Assembly (NCBI GenBank): GCA_964590575.1
Contig: CAZPWM010000061.1
Location: 1-18,650 of the forward strand
Origin: an uncultured archaeon
GTDB lineage: Archaea; Asgardarchaeota; Thorarchaeia; Thorarchaeales; Thorarchaeaceae
DNA: 18,650 nt
Direction of reading: 5' to 3'
Every line of letters starts with the position of its first letter. Position 1 is the stretch's first letter. A model generated the notes under the pieces. That model was not told the origin of the DNA, did not search any database, and saw nothing but the letters and a program-made list of their open reading frames with translations. Both the position numbers and the translations under genes were made by a program. This document shows, one piece after another, positions 1-7,892 of this stretch.

Positions 1-65
1 GGAAGGCCAAGATATGGCACGAAGATCATCACCGCAGTGAGTGATTGCTATTGGCGCAACATTTG

Positions 66-1502
66 TCATTTAGAAGCTTTTTCTCTGGCTATCTCTAGAG
101 GCGGTTTGATGTCTTCAGGTATTGGGCAGATGTATTTCTTGCCTGTCATTCTCTCCGCGTGTTCATCTTTTATCTTCTTGAGCAAATCTGGTTTTGTGAC
201 AAGTTCGACTGCCGAACCCGCCATGACCTTTGTTGCAAATATGAGGGACTTGTGCCCAATACTCATACCGCAACACGCTGTCCATTGCCAATCATGACCT
301 GCAGCTTCTAGGGTCACAGTAGCAGTGGAGAACTCCATAGTTGGCGCTATCCATGAAACATCGCTTGTATCTGTTGAGCCCGGCCATATAATCCCTTTAT
401 CCCATGGGTCATGAATTTCTCTATCAATGTGGATATTGTCCTCTACTAGTTGTTCCCACCCTGGTCTTTTCGTAGCTCTCAACAGCTCACTCTTCGCCTC
501 TTTTGTAACTGTCTTAGCCATCTCTTTTGCAAACGTCATTTCTTCGTCACTGTATTCTGGCGCTCCAATCTCTCGCATATTAGCGATGACAAGTTCACTC
601 AGTCCTTTACTAGGAAGTTCGTTGCACAGGCCCTCGATGAACTCTACTTTGAGTTTAGTCTGAGTCATCAAGGCAGCTCCTTCAGCTATCTGAAGTACCC
701 AGTCATAGATTTGATTAACCTGCTCACGTTCAGGAGCTCGTATGTAATACCAACTACGAGCGTAATCTGGTACTACATTTGGTTGCATTCCACCAGCTTC
801 AATCACATAATGAACACGAGCCTCTTGAACTACATGTTCTCTCATGAAGTTCACCCCGACATTCATGAGTTCTATCGCATCAAGTGCGCTCCTTCCGACA
901 TAGGCTGTGGCTGCCGCATGGGCTGCAGTGCCATAGAAGTGAAACTTCGCAGAGTTCATTGCAAGACTGCTTCCCAACCCTGCAACATTGAAGCGACCTG
1001 GGTGGTGACTGAACACAGCATCTACTCCATTAAAACAACCGGCTCTGACCATGAACACCTTTCCACTGTAAGTTTCCTCAGCTGGAGTTCCAAAGAATTT
1101 GAGAGTCCCTTTAAGTCCATGCTTCTCCATCACCACTTTTGTCGCAATCGCCCCCATCACTCCCGTAACACCATGGATATTGTGTCCACACCCATGTCCA
1201 GGTGCTCCTTCCTCAATAGGATCTTGATATGGAACTGGCTTTTGTGACAGACCTGGAAGGGCATCATACTCTCCCATGAACCCAATTGTGGGATCTCCTT
1301 TTCCATATGAGGCAACGAACGCAGTTGGCATATCTGCGACGCCCATCTCCACGGTGAATCCGTGCTCTTCAAGGATATTGGCAAGATACTTTGAGGATTT
1401 CTCCTCTACAAGTCCAAGCTCCGCAAGATTCCATATTTTGTCACTTGCATCAATAATCATCTTCTCGTTGTCAGAAATCCAATCCCAGGCATCTTTCTTC
1501 AT
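66..1502 (-). CDS. M20D-family amidohydrolase (AbgB / aminobenzoyl-glutamate hydrolase subunit B-like)
   Basis: Motifs GEYDALPGL, GHGCGHN, GTPAEE, HHPG, GTAAHAA, GRSALDA, PNVVPD and GSTD are typical of AbgB-like M20 amidohydrolases. Start moved from TTG 1613 to ATG 1502 (MKKDAWDWI), where family-like sequence begins. Confidence 0.9.
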   Translation of the reverse strand: MKKDAWDWISDNEKMIIDASDKIWNLAELGLVEEKSSKYLANILEEHGFTVEMGVADMPTAFVASYGKGDPTIGFMGEYDALPGLSQKPVPYQDPIEEGAPGHGCGHNIHGVTGVMGAIATKVVMEKHGLKGTLKFFGTPAEETYSGKVFMVRAGCFNGVDAVFSHHPGRFNVAGLGSSLAMNSAKFHFYGTAAHAAATAYVGRSALDAIELMNVGVNFMREHVVQEARVHYVIEAGGMQPNVVPDYARSWYYIRAPEREQVNQIYDWVLQIAEGAALMTQTKLKVEFIEGLCNELPSKGLSELVIANMREIGAPEYSDEEMTFAKEMAKTVTKEAKSELLRATKRPGWEQLVEDNIHIDREIHDPWDKGIIWPGSTDTSDVSWIAPTMEFSTATVTLEAAGHDWQWTACCGMSIGHKSLIFATKVMAGSAVELVTKPDLLKKIKDEHAERMTGKKYICPIPEDIKPPLEIAREKASK

Positions 1503-1644
1503 ATTATCGACCCATTTTCCAAATGGGCTATCATTCTTAAATCTGACATGATGTGCGTATCTATCATGGAACTTGACCCGAATTCTTGCTACAAACTTGC
1601 TATTGATATACAATTACAACGATGATTGACAGAGTGAAAAGGAA

Positions 1645-2727
1645 ATGGATGCGAGTCCTGAATCTATTGATGAAAAAGTCATGTACAAGGTACTTGATGA
1701 AATCCTAGTAGCACGTACAAGAATCCATGGTCAAGTAGGTGATCTTTCGGAAGTATTTACTAATCTCAAAACAATTACAGGCGAGTTCGCTACTGGGAGT
1801 CCTCTTGTTATTCACCACTGGGGTGTTAGTGATGAAAATGGGCATGATATGGATGTGTGCCTCCCGATAAAGAAGGAAGTCAAAGGAGTTGGGATTATAA
1901 CAACAATCCTTCCTGCGGAAGAAGCAATGACCATTTTTCATCGAGGGCCATACTCAGAAATAGGGCCTACATATACGAAGGTATCGAAATATACCTACGA
2001 GAGAGGTCATCCCATTGCTGAATCAACAAGAGAAGTTTTTCATCAATTGGATCCAAACAATCCAGAGAACACCATCGTAGAAATTCAAGCAATCCTACAC
2101 GATTGGACACACAGATTCTCTACAAAGTTAGAAACGGTTTTAGGGTTAGAAGCAAAAGACGAAATCTTGGCATCCATGAGCAGTCTCGACATTGACTCGC
2201 CTGCAGAGGCTCGTCAAAAAGCTCTCTGTAAATCTCTAGAAATATTAGAAAGCAAGACAAATGATGAGCAGCAGCTTGATATTCTCTCACACTGTGCTCA
2301 TGTATTTCCTGTAGAGCTAATTCCTCCAATGCGGGATCTATTCAGAACAACTGGAAGTATTGATGCGGTTATCGATGCCATGAAATCTAAAGGTGGATAC
2401 TATCCTAAATTACAGCGGCGCGAGGGTTCTATCATTTATTCAGAGAAGGGTCCCGCTAATCCTGCAGCGTATAATGAAGCTAAGACGCGCGCTGAGAAAC
2501 GTAGAGCTTTTTGCTTTTGTCCATTAATCAGAGACTGTCTTGATGAAACTCCAAAACTCTTTTGCAATTGCTCTGCTGGGTGGCCAAAACAACTCTGGGA
2601 GGGTGTTCTTGAGAAACCTCTGAAAGTGGATATCGTGAAGTCTCTAACGAACGGAGATGATACATGCGAATTCGCAATTCATATTCCTGTCGAGATCTCA
2701 TTACCTAATGGTTCGCTCTCCAACTAG
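1645..2727 (+). CDS. GyrI-like small-molecule-binding domain fused to a C-terminal Cys-rich V4R-like (DUF6144-like) domain
   Basis: The N-terminal ~150 aa carry the GyrI/effector-binding signature (DMDVCLPI...TIFHRGPYSEIGPTY...STREVF...VEIQ). The C-terminal part has HCAH...CFCP...FCNCSAGW...V..SL..GDDTCEFAI, resembling the V4R-like fold. Divergent from the amidohydrolase. Confidence 0.7.
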   Translation: MDASPESIDEKVMYKVLDEILVARTRIHGQVGDLSEVFTNLKTITGEFATGSPLVIHHWGVSDENGHDMDVCLPIKKEVKGVGIITTILPAEEAMTIFHRGPYSEIGPTYTKVSKYTYERGHPIAESTREVFHQLDPNNPENTIVEIQAILHDWTHRFSTKLETVLGLEAKDEILASMSSLDIDSPAEARQKALCKSLEILESKTNDEQQLDILSHCAHVFPVELIPPMRDLFRTTGSIDAVIDAMKSKGGYYPKLQRREGSIIYSEKGPANPAAYNEAKTRAEKRRAFCFCPLIRDCLDETPKLFCNCSAGWPKQLWEGVLEKPLKVDIVKSLTNGDDTCEFAIHIPVEISLPNGSLSN

Positions 2728-2916
2728 GTGTACTCGGGACTCATCTGAACAAGTGCATACATCACACCCGCAAAATTGGATTATCTATAACACAACTTGT
2801 CAGTCGTTAATATTCTATACTAACAGTACATGGTTTTAGCAAAGACGTAAATCAATCTGTCAGTAAGCTCATATAGTACCAGTTTCACACGGTATTCAAA
2901 TGGAGTGTTAGTTTTA

Positions 2917-4251
2917 ATGACCTCCTCTGAAACCACACCTCACATGGCGATATTCTGGGATGTAGAAAATGTAGCTGATGAGTCCGCTACACATAGGTCC
3001 ATGACTCAGAAGATACGCCAGACTGGTATTGTTACCCGAGCGTACGCATTTGCTGACTGGGACTCTCGACGTAAGCTGGCTGAGGAACTCTACTCCTTAG
3101 GTTATGACTTGATTCATGTTCCTGATACAAAGGACAATGCCAGTGATTACAAGATGGCTGCGTACATTCTTGATCATCTTGTCCACTACAAAGAAACCAC
3201 ACGCTATGTTTTGATAACTGGTGATGGTGACTTCAAACTGATAGCTGGAGCACTCAAGGAGCATGGTGTGGAACTGTGGTTGATTAGTAATCCTATCATC
3301 ACTGCTTCCGAACTACCTGAACTTGCTACAATATATAGTGACATTTTCTCTTTCAGACCTGCGTTAGATTGTGTGCACCCCGAAAATTGTGATGAGTCTG
3401 TCCAGAGTATTGTTCAACTAAGGCACCTAGCTGCTGTGCAGCTACAGGAGGTCATCAGAGTCATCACGAAGACCGGAAGTAAACCCGGCGTTGGTCATGC
3501 AAAACATGTGATGCAATCATTGAATCCTGATTTTGATGAAGCTGCTATGAATTTTGGACATTGGAATGATTTCCTTGACTGGTCAGAAGCACAGAACTAC
3601 ATTAAACGTGAGGGTGAATTACCTACAACCATCCTGATCCTCCCGGAGAGGATATCCCCTGAATCTGTAAAGATGTCTAAGGAAGTCAATGATGCATTTA
3701 CCTTTATGGCGCAGGTTGCAGAGGAAGGACTCAACGAAGGGTCTCCATACACACTCACCGAACTCGGAGTTAAGCTTAGAGAACGTGGACTGGAATTCGA
3801 GAAGGTTGGATATCGACGGTTCTCAGACTTTGTGCTCTCTGCAGAAAAACGCGGTCTGATTCGAATCATCGCTCCCGAAAAGGAAGGTGACCGACCATTC
3901 GTCCTTCCAGTATATGATATTAACCATCTACAGGATTGGTTTAAGGCAAACGTAGAGCGTATTTTTGGTCCGTCTGTAAATGTCCCAAAAACTGCTTTTC
4001 TGAAAAAGATTGGAACAATGCTTCTCGAAACACAGACAACTCTTGACGAACTCGAGAACTGTCTGACTGTCCCTCGAGTGAAGGAAGTTTACAATGAGAT
4101 TTTAGATGCAAGTGGGATTCCGTTTCTTCCACCTTTCCAACAGTCATTAGCCCATATTTTGATAGGCAAAGGATTAGAATGTATTAATGTAGTTGAAAAG
4201 GTCAATGAGGAACTCAGCCCTCTTGGAATAAAATTACAATGCCCCGAATAG
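2917..4251 (+). CDS. NYN-domain (PIN-like) ribonuclease with two OST-HTH/LOTUS domains
   Basis: NYN motifs AIFWDVENV, RAYAF, KDNASDYKM and LITGDGDF, with acidic residues intact. Two LOTUS-like repeats: MQSLNPDFDEAAMNFGHWNDFL and LGVKLRERGLEFEKVGYRRFSDFV. ATG 2917 preferred over GTG 2905. Confidence 0.8.
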   Translation: MTSSETTPHMAIFWDVENVADESATHRSMTQKIRQTGIVTRAYAFADWDSRRKLAEELYSLGYDLIHVPDTKDNASDYKMAAYILDHLVHYKETTRYVLITGDGDFKLIAGALKEHGVELWLISNPIITASELPELATIYSDIFSFRPALDCVHPENCDESVQSIVQLRHLAAVQLQEVIRVITKTGSKPGVGHAKHVMQSLNPDFDEAAMNFGHWNDFLDWSEAQNYIKREGELPTTILILPERISPESVKMSKEVNDAFTFMAQVAEEGLNEGSPYTLTELGVKLRERGLEFEKVGYRRFSDFVLSAEKRGLIRIIAPEKEGDRPFVLPVYDINHLQDWFKANVERIFGPSVNVPKTAFLKKIGTMLLETQTTLDELENCLTVPRVKEVYNEILDASGIPFLPPFQQSLAHILIGKGLECINVVEKVNEELSPLGIKLQCPE

Positions 4252-4300
4252 CAGAAGGATTATCTATGCCTCTACCCATGCAAAATGAGTTGTGTTGACG

Positions 4301-5383
4301 ATGAATCCTTACGAAAAATTAGCCGCTGTTCTCGACAAGATTCCAAATGGGTTTCCTCCTGCAGAAGATGGTTCACATCTCAAAATACTCGAGTGGATAT
4401 TCACGCCTGAGGAGGCTGAACTTGCGAGCCAACTAAAACTAAATGGTGAAACATTGGATGAACTGAGTTCCCGGTTGAATCATTCAAAAGAAGACTTGGA
4501 AGGACTCCTTGACGTCATGCATTCAAAGGGTCAGATCAACTCTTGGATGTCAAAGAGTGCAGGTAGCAGGAAATATGGTTTGTTACCATTTGCAGTAGGT
4601 ATCTACGAGGAGCAATTAAACCGAATGGATGAGGAGTTCGCACAGATTCTTGAGGCTTATTTCCAGCTAGGTTTCAAGAAAATCGCTGTAACTGAACCTG
4701 TAATTTTTCAAGTAATTCCCGTGAATCAAAGTGTCAGCACTGAACTAGAGATATATCCATTTCAGAAGGCTGAACAATTGATCGAGTCTGCCGTTTCATG
4801 GGGTGTACGTGATTGTATCTGCAGGAAGCAGAAAGATCTGATTGGTGAGGGCTGCGATTATCCCAGGGAAGTCTGTCTTGCATTTGCACCGAACAGAGCG
4901 AATGCATTCGATAATCAGGAGTTAACTAAGCCAATCACGAAGGAGGAGGCACTCAGGCTTTTGAAAGTGGCAGAAGACGCAGGACTTATTCATTGTACAT
5001 ACAATGTCCAATCTGGGATGAACTTTTTGTGCTCCTGTTGTACGTGTTGCTGTGGTGTCTTGAGAGGTGTTGAGAAGCTAGAAAACCCACGCGAGTACAT
5101 CAAGACTGACTTTGTCATGAATGTGAATCCTGACCTATGTACAGGTTGTGAAACGTGTGTTGACCGTTGTCAGTTTGGAGCACTAAGTGTGCCTGAGGAT
5201 ATTGTCGTTGTTGATACAAGACGCTGTATTGGATGCGGTGTATGTGCTATTGTGTGCCCAGAGAGTGCTCTTGAGATAGTGCGTGTTGAATCTCCTGAAA
5301 AGCCCGAGCAACCTGAAAATCAACTTGACTGGATGACCAAACGTGCAATGTCTCGAGGTGTCGACCCATCAGATATAATGTGA
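4301..5383 (+). CDS. 4Fe-4S dicluster-binding protein with N-terminal HTH-like region and central Cys-rich domain
   Basis: C-terminal CTGCETCVDRC and CIGCGVCAIVCP ferredoxin motifs. Central DCICR...C...C and CSCCTCCC. N-terminal FTPEEAELA...TLDELSSRL...LDVMHSKG (HTH-like). ATG 4301 preferred over GTG 4292. Confidence 0.85.
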   Translation: MNPYEKLAAVLDKIPNGFPPAEDGSHLKILEWIFTPEEAELASQLKLNGETLDELSSRLNHSKEDLEGLLDVMHSKGQINSWMSKSAGSRKYGLLPFAVGIYEEQLNRMDEEFAQILEAYFQLGFKKIAVTEPVIFQVIPVNQSVSTELEIYPFQKAEQLIESAVSWGVRDCICRKQKDLIGEGCDYPREVCLAFAPNRANAFDNQELTKPITKEEALRLLKVAEDAGLIHCTYNVQSGMNFLCSCCTCCCGVLRGVEKLENPREYIKTDFVMNVNPDLCTGCETCVDRCQFGALSVPEDIVVVDTRRCIGCGVCAIVCPESALEIVRVESPEKPEQPENQLDWMTKRAMSRGVDPSDIM

Positions 5384-5455
5384 TTCAATCTGAGAATTAA
5401 CAAAGAATGACTAGTCTTAAGAAGAAGCGACTTGAACATCATTGTGAAACTGCAC

Positions 5456-6421
5456 ATGACCACTGATACTGATTCCAAAAAGAAGGATGAATCAAGGAAG
5501 GGGCGAACGAAACAATACATCCCCAACCTTGCAGAGTTCTACTTTGAGCCCACATTCGACTGGACTAGAAAACAGGCTGAACGTCTATATGCTAAGACCA
5601 AGTCAATATCACCCCTTTTTGAATTGGACAGTATTAGATTCGAAGACTGCGTAACCGGGATGAAACAACTTCCCAAGGAGTCAATAGATTTAGTTATTGC
5701 AGATCCTCCCTTCGGTATAGCCTTTGATGGTAAGAGCAGTGTGTATAATCGTGATGAGCGGCTCGTTATCGAGGGATATGAGGAAACAAACGAGTCTTAT
5801 CACAAATTCACTGCTAAGTGGCTCGCGGAACTCCCTAGAATAATGAAATCTGAATCATCAGCTTATGTCTTCAGTGGTTGGACAAACTTGGATGCTGTGC
5901 TTGAAGGAGCTCGGGATGCTGGTCTTATGACTTTGAATCATCTAATCTGGCACTATCCCTTCGGCGTCTATACGAAGAAGCGATTTGTCACAAGTCATTA
6001 TCACATTGTACTTCTTGTCAAGAACCCTCGAAAGTATTTCTTCAACAAGATTGAAAACTATCCTGAAGATGTTTGGTCTGTCAAACGCCAATACCGTACA
6101 GGTCTTACCAAGAACGCCACAACACTTCCACTTGAAGTAGTATCTAGATGTATTGACTTCTCCTCAAAACCAGGGGATATCATTCTTGATCCATTCATGG
6201 GAAATGGAACGACTGCAGTAGCAGCTAAAATGAACCTGCGTCATTTCATCGGTTTTGAAATCAATGAAAAGTTGCGGCTGTTGCTTGATATAGAACTTGG
6301 TAACGTAAGATCTGGAGAGTTTTTTATTCCATACAAAGAACGTCTTCCTACGATTGAGGAACTTGCAGAGTTATATCCTAAAGCATATCGAGAGTACATC
6401 CGAAGAAAGAAGAATGCCTGA
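5456..6421 (+). CDS. Site-specific DNA methyltransferase, N4-cytosine/N6-adenine, beta class
   Basis: Catalytic motif IV (IDLVIADPPF) precedes SAM-binding motif I (ILDPFMGNGTT...FIGFEIN), the beta-class order. ATG 5456 preferred over TTG 5432. Confidence 0.9.
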   Translation: MTTDTDSKKKDESRKGRTKQYIPNLAEFYFEPTFDWTRKQAERLYAKTKSISPLFELDSIRFEDCVTGMKQLPKESIDLVIADPPFGIAFDGKSSVYNRDERLVIEGYEETNESYHKFTAKWLAELPRIMKSESSAYVFSGWTNLDAVLEGARDAGLMTLNHLIWHYPFGVYTKKRFVTSHYHIVLLVKNPRKYFFNKIENYPEDVWSVKRQYRTGLTKNATTLPLEVVSRCIDFSSKPGDIILDPFMGNGTTAVAAKMNLRHFIGFEINEKLRLLLDIELGNVRSGEFFIPYKERLPTIEELAELYPKAYREYIRRKKNA

Positions 6422-7890
6422 TGGTCTGGAAAGAGAGAATGATTCACATGGATGTAGAGGAACTATTCAGACGACATGGGTCTGAGCGAGACCGACTCGC
6501 AGACACGATGAGTACCAGCGATCTCTACAAACGAGAGTATGGAGCTGAACTAGCACAATGGGAGTCGCAGCTATTCCAACAGTTCAAAGAAAAAGAAACA
6601 GCCCGTCTTTTCAGATATCGGGGGTTCGTGCATCACACAAGGGATACTAATCTTGTTCTTCTGACTCCTAGTCCTTGGCTCATGGAAGGTGAGTTCATTT
6701 ACTTTGATATGAGCCAAGAGCTACCTCCTGATGGGGCTTATATCGAGGTGATTGGTTCACGAGCGGTTGCTCCACAACCACTGCAGGACTCTCACACAAT
6801 CATCCCTGCTATAGCTGCTGAAAAATGGACTACTCTGTCGGTTGACTTTCTCTCAAATGTGCGACCACCAATGAACCTCAAGGAACTCTCCAACATTCTT
6901 TTCGAACATGTAGGAATGGCTGAAGCCAGTAAGAGGGTGTTTGCTCGCCTCTTTGTTTCCAGTCCTCCCTATCAAGATAGTATTGGAGGACTAACAACAG
7001 GTATTCAAGCAATAGCTTCCCAAGATCAGGTTCGACGTTTACTCACATTCATCAGAAGAGTTATTCCACCAGCAATGAAGGGACGACAACCATCTCATAG
7101 GAGCGTTCAAGGAATCAAAGTCCGGGCTCCACGGCTCTGGCGTTTTGATGTCGGTTCCTTTTCTGCTAACAGGATACATCAACTCTGTGTGCAACGCAGA
7201 GATCCTACTGGATACAGAGAGGTCTCTCTCGGTACACTCACAGAACTAGAAACCGCATCCCTACCAGATGTTCCCATCGCACTAGCATCCGAAGATTTCT
7301 GGGTTGAAACTGGGAATCCATCGCATTTACGATTACCAATACTGAAGTCTGCCATCACATATCAAATGCTTACACCCAAGATAACCAAAAAGAGCATCGA
7401 CTCGGGTACAAAACACATCCTTTCTCGTTTAGAGGATATGCAGGAGAGCTTTGGTTTTGAAGAGAGTGTTCTTGCACGGGGGAATCTACTTGATGCGAAT
7501 GATCTTGGGCGACCACTAAGTACTCTGAAACTTGCCCGTTCTACAGCACGTGCTTATTGGAATGAAAAAGTGACAGTGAAAGACTTGAAATATGCATGGG
7601 ACCGCATACTCGAACCTGCCCTCAAGGAGTTTATTGAACTCACCGAGTTGAAAGAGGGAGCTGAGAAGGACTGGGGTAAGGGAAGTCGTATTGACAAATT
7701 CAATACTAAAGTCCTAAAATCTGTCAAGAAATTAGATACAGGAAAACGTGGATCTTTGGGGCCTACTTTGAAAGAGATTGCAGAAGAAGCAGGTGTTGAG
7801 CGGCATGTAGCTGCAGAGACCCTTGCGCGTATGAAGGACAGTGGAGTCCTCTATGAGCCGCGACCGGGTCACTACAGATTAGTTGAATGA
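6421..7890 (+). CDS. MCM-derived protein lacking ATPase motifs (MCM-BP/MCMDC2-like pseudo-helicase) with C-terminal winged helix
   Basis: The C-terminus LKEIAEEAG...ETLARMKDSGVLYEPRPGHYRLV matches the archaeal MCM winged helix. GRPLSTLKLARSTARAYWNEKVTVKDLKYA matches the MCM lid. OB-fold-like LFRYRGFV...LPPDGAYIEVIG. No GxxGxGKS, DEFDK or SRFD. ATG 6421 overlaps the MTase stop; alternative ATGs at 6439 and 6448. The CDS is secure; the family call is by eye. Confidence 0.65.
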   Translation: MVWKERMIHMDVEELFRRHGSERDRLADTMSTSDLYKREYGAELAQWESQLFQQFKEKETARLFRYRGFVHHTRDTNLVLLTPSPWLMEGEFIYFDMSQELPPDGAYIEVIGSRAVAPQPLQDSHTIIPAIAAEKWTTLSVDFLSNVRPPMNLKELSNILFEHVGMAEASKRVFARLFVSSPPYQDSIGGLTTGIQAIASQDQVRRLLTFIRRVIPPAMKGRQPSHRSVQGIKVRAPRLWRFDVGSFSANRIHQLCVQRRDPTGYREVSLGTLTELETASLPDVPIALASEDFWVETGNPSHLRLPILKSAITYQMLTPKITKKSIDSGTKHILSRLEDMQESFGFEESVLARGNLLDANDLGRPLSTLKLARSTARAYWNEKVTVKDLKYAWDRILEPALKEFIELTELKEGAEKDWGKGSRIDKFNTKVLKSVKKLDTGKRGSLGPTLKEIAEEAGVERHVAAETLARMKDSGVLYEPRPGHYRLVE

Positions 7891-7892
7891 AT

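Noticed and set aside
1-65. Possible 3' end of an upstream plus-strand gene (e.g. ...KAKIWHEDHHRSE* or ...EGQDMARRSSPQ*)
   Set aside because: Too short to choose a frame or assign a product.
450-1247. 265-aa plus-strand ORF and the other short ORFs nested in or antisense to called genes
   Set aside because: Antisense or alternate-frame shadows of well-supported CDSs, with no recognisable motifs and atypical composition.
1503-1613. 37-aa N-terminal extension of the amidohydrolase from TTG 1613
   Set aside because: Not family-like, and it would leave only 31 bp for two divergent promoters; ATG 1502 fits better.
5456-7890. Type II restriction-modification pair or BREX (PglX/BrxL) fragment
   Set aside because: The partner has no nuclease motif, no Walker motifs and no Lon protease domain. 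The MTase is a small beta-class enzyme, unlike PglX, and no pglZ or brxC is in the window.
6421-7890. Canonical replicative MCM helicase, or an MCM pseudogene
   Set aside because: Walker A/B, arginine finger and Zn finger are absent, so it is not canonical. The frame is intact over 489 codons with a well-preserved lid and wHTH, so it does not look like a decaying pseudogene.
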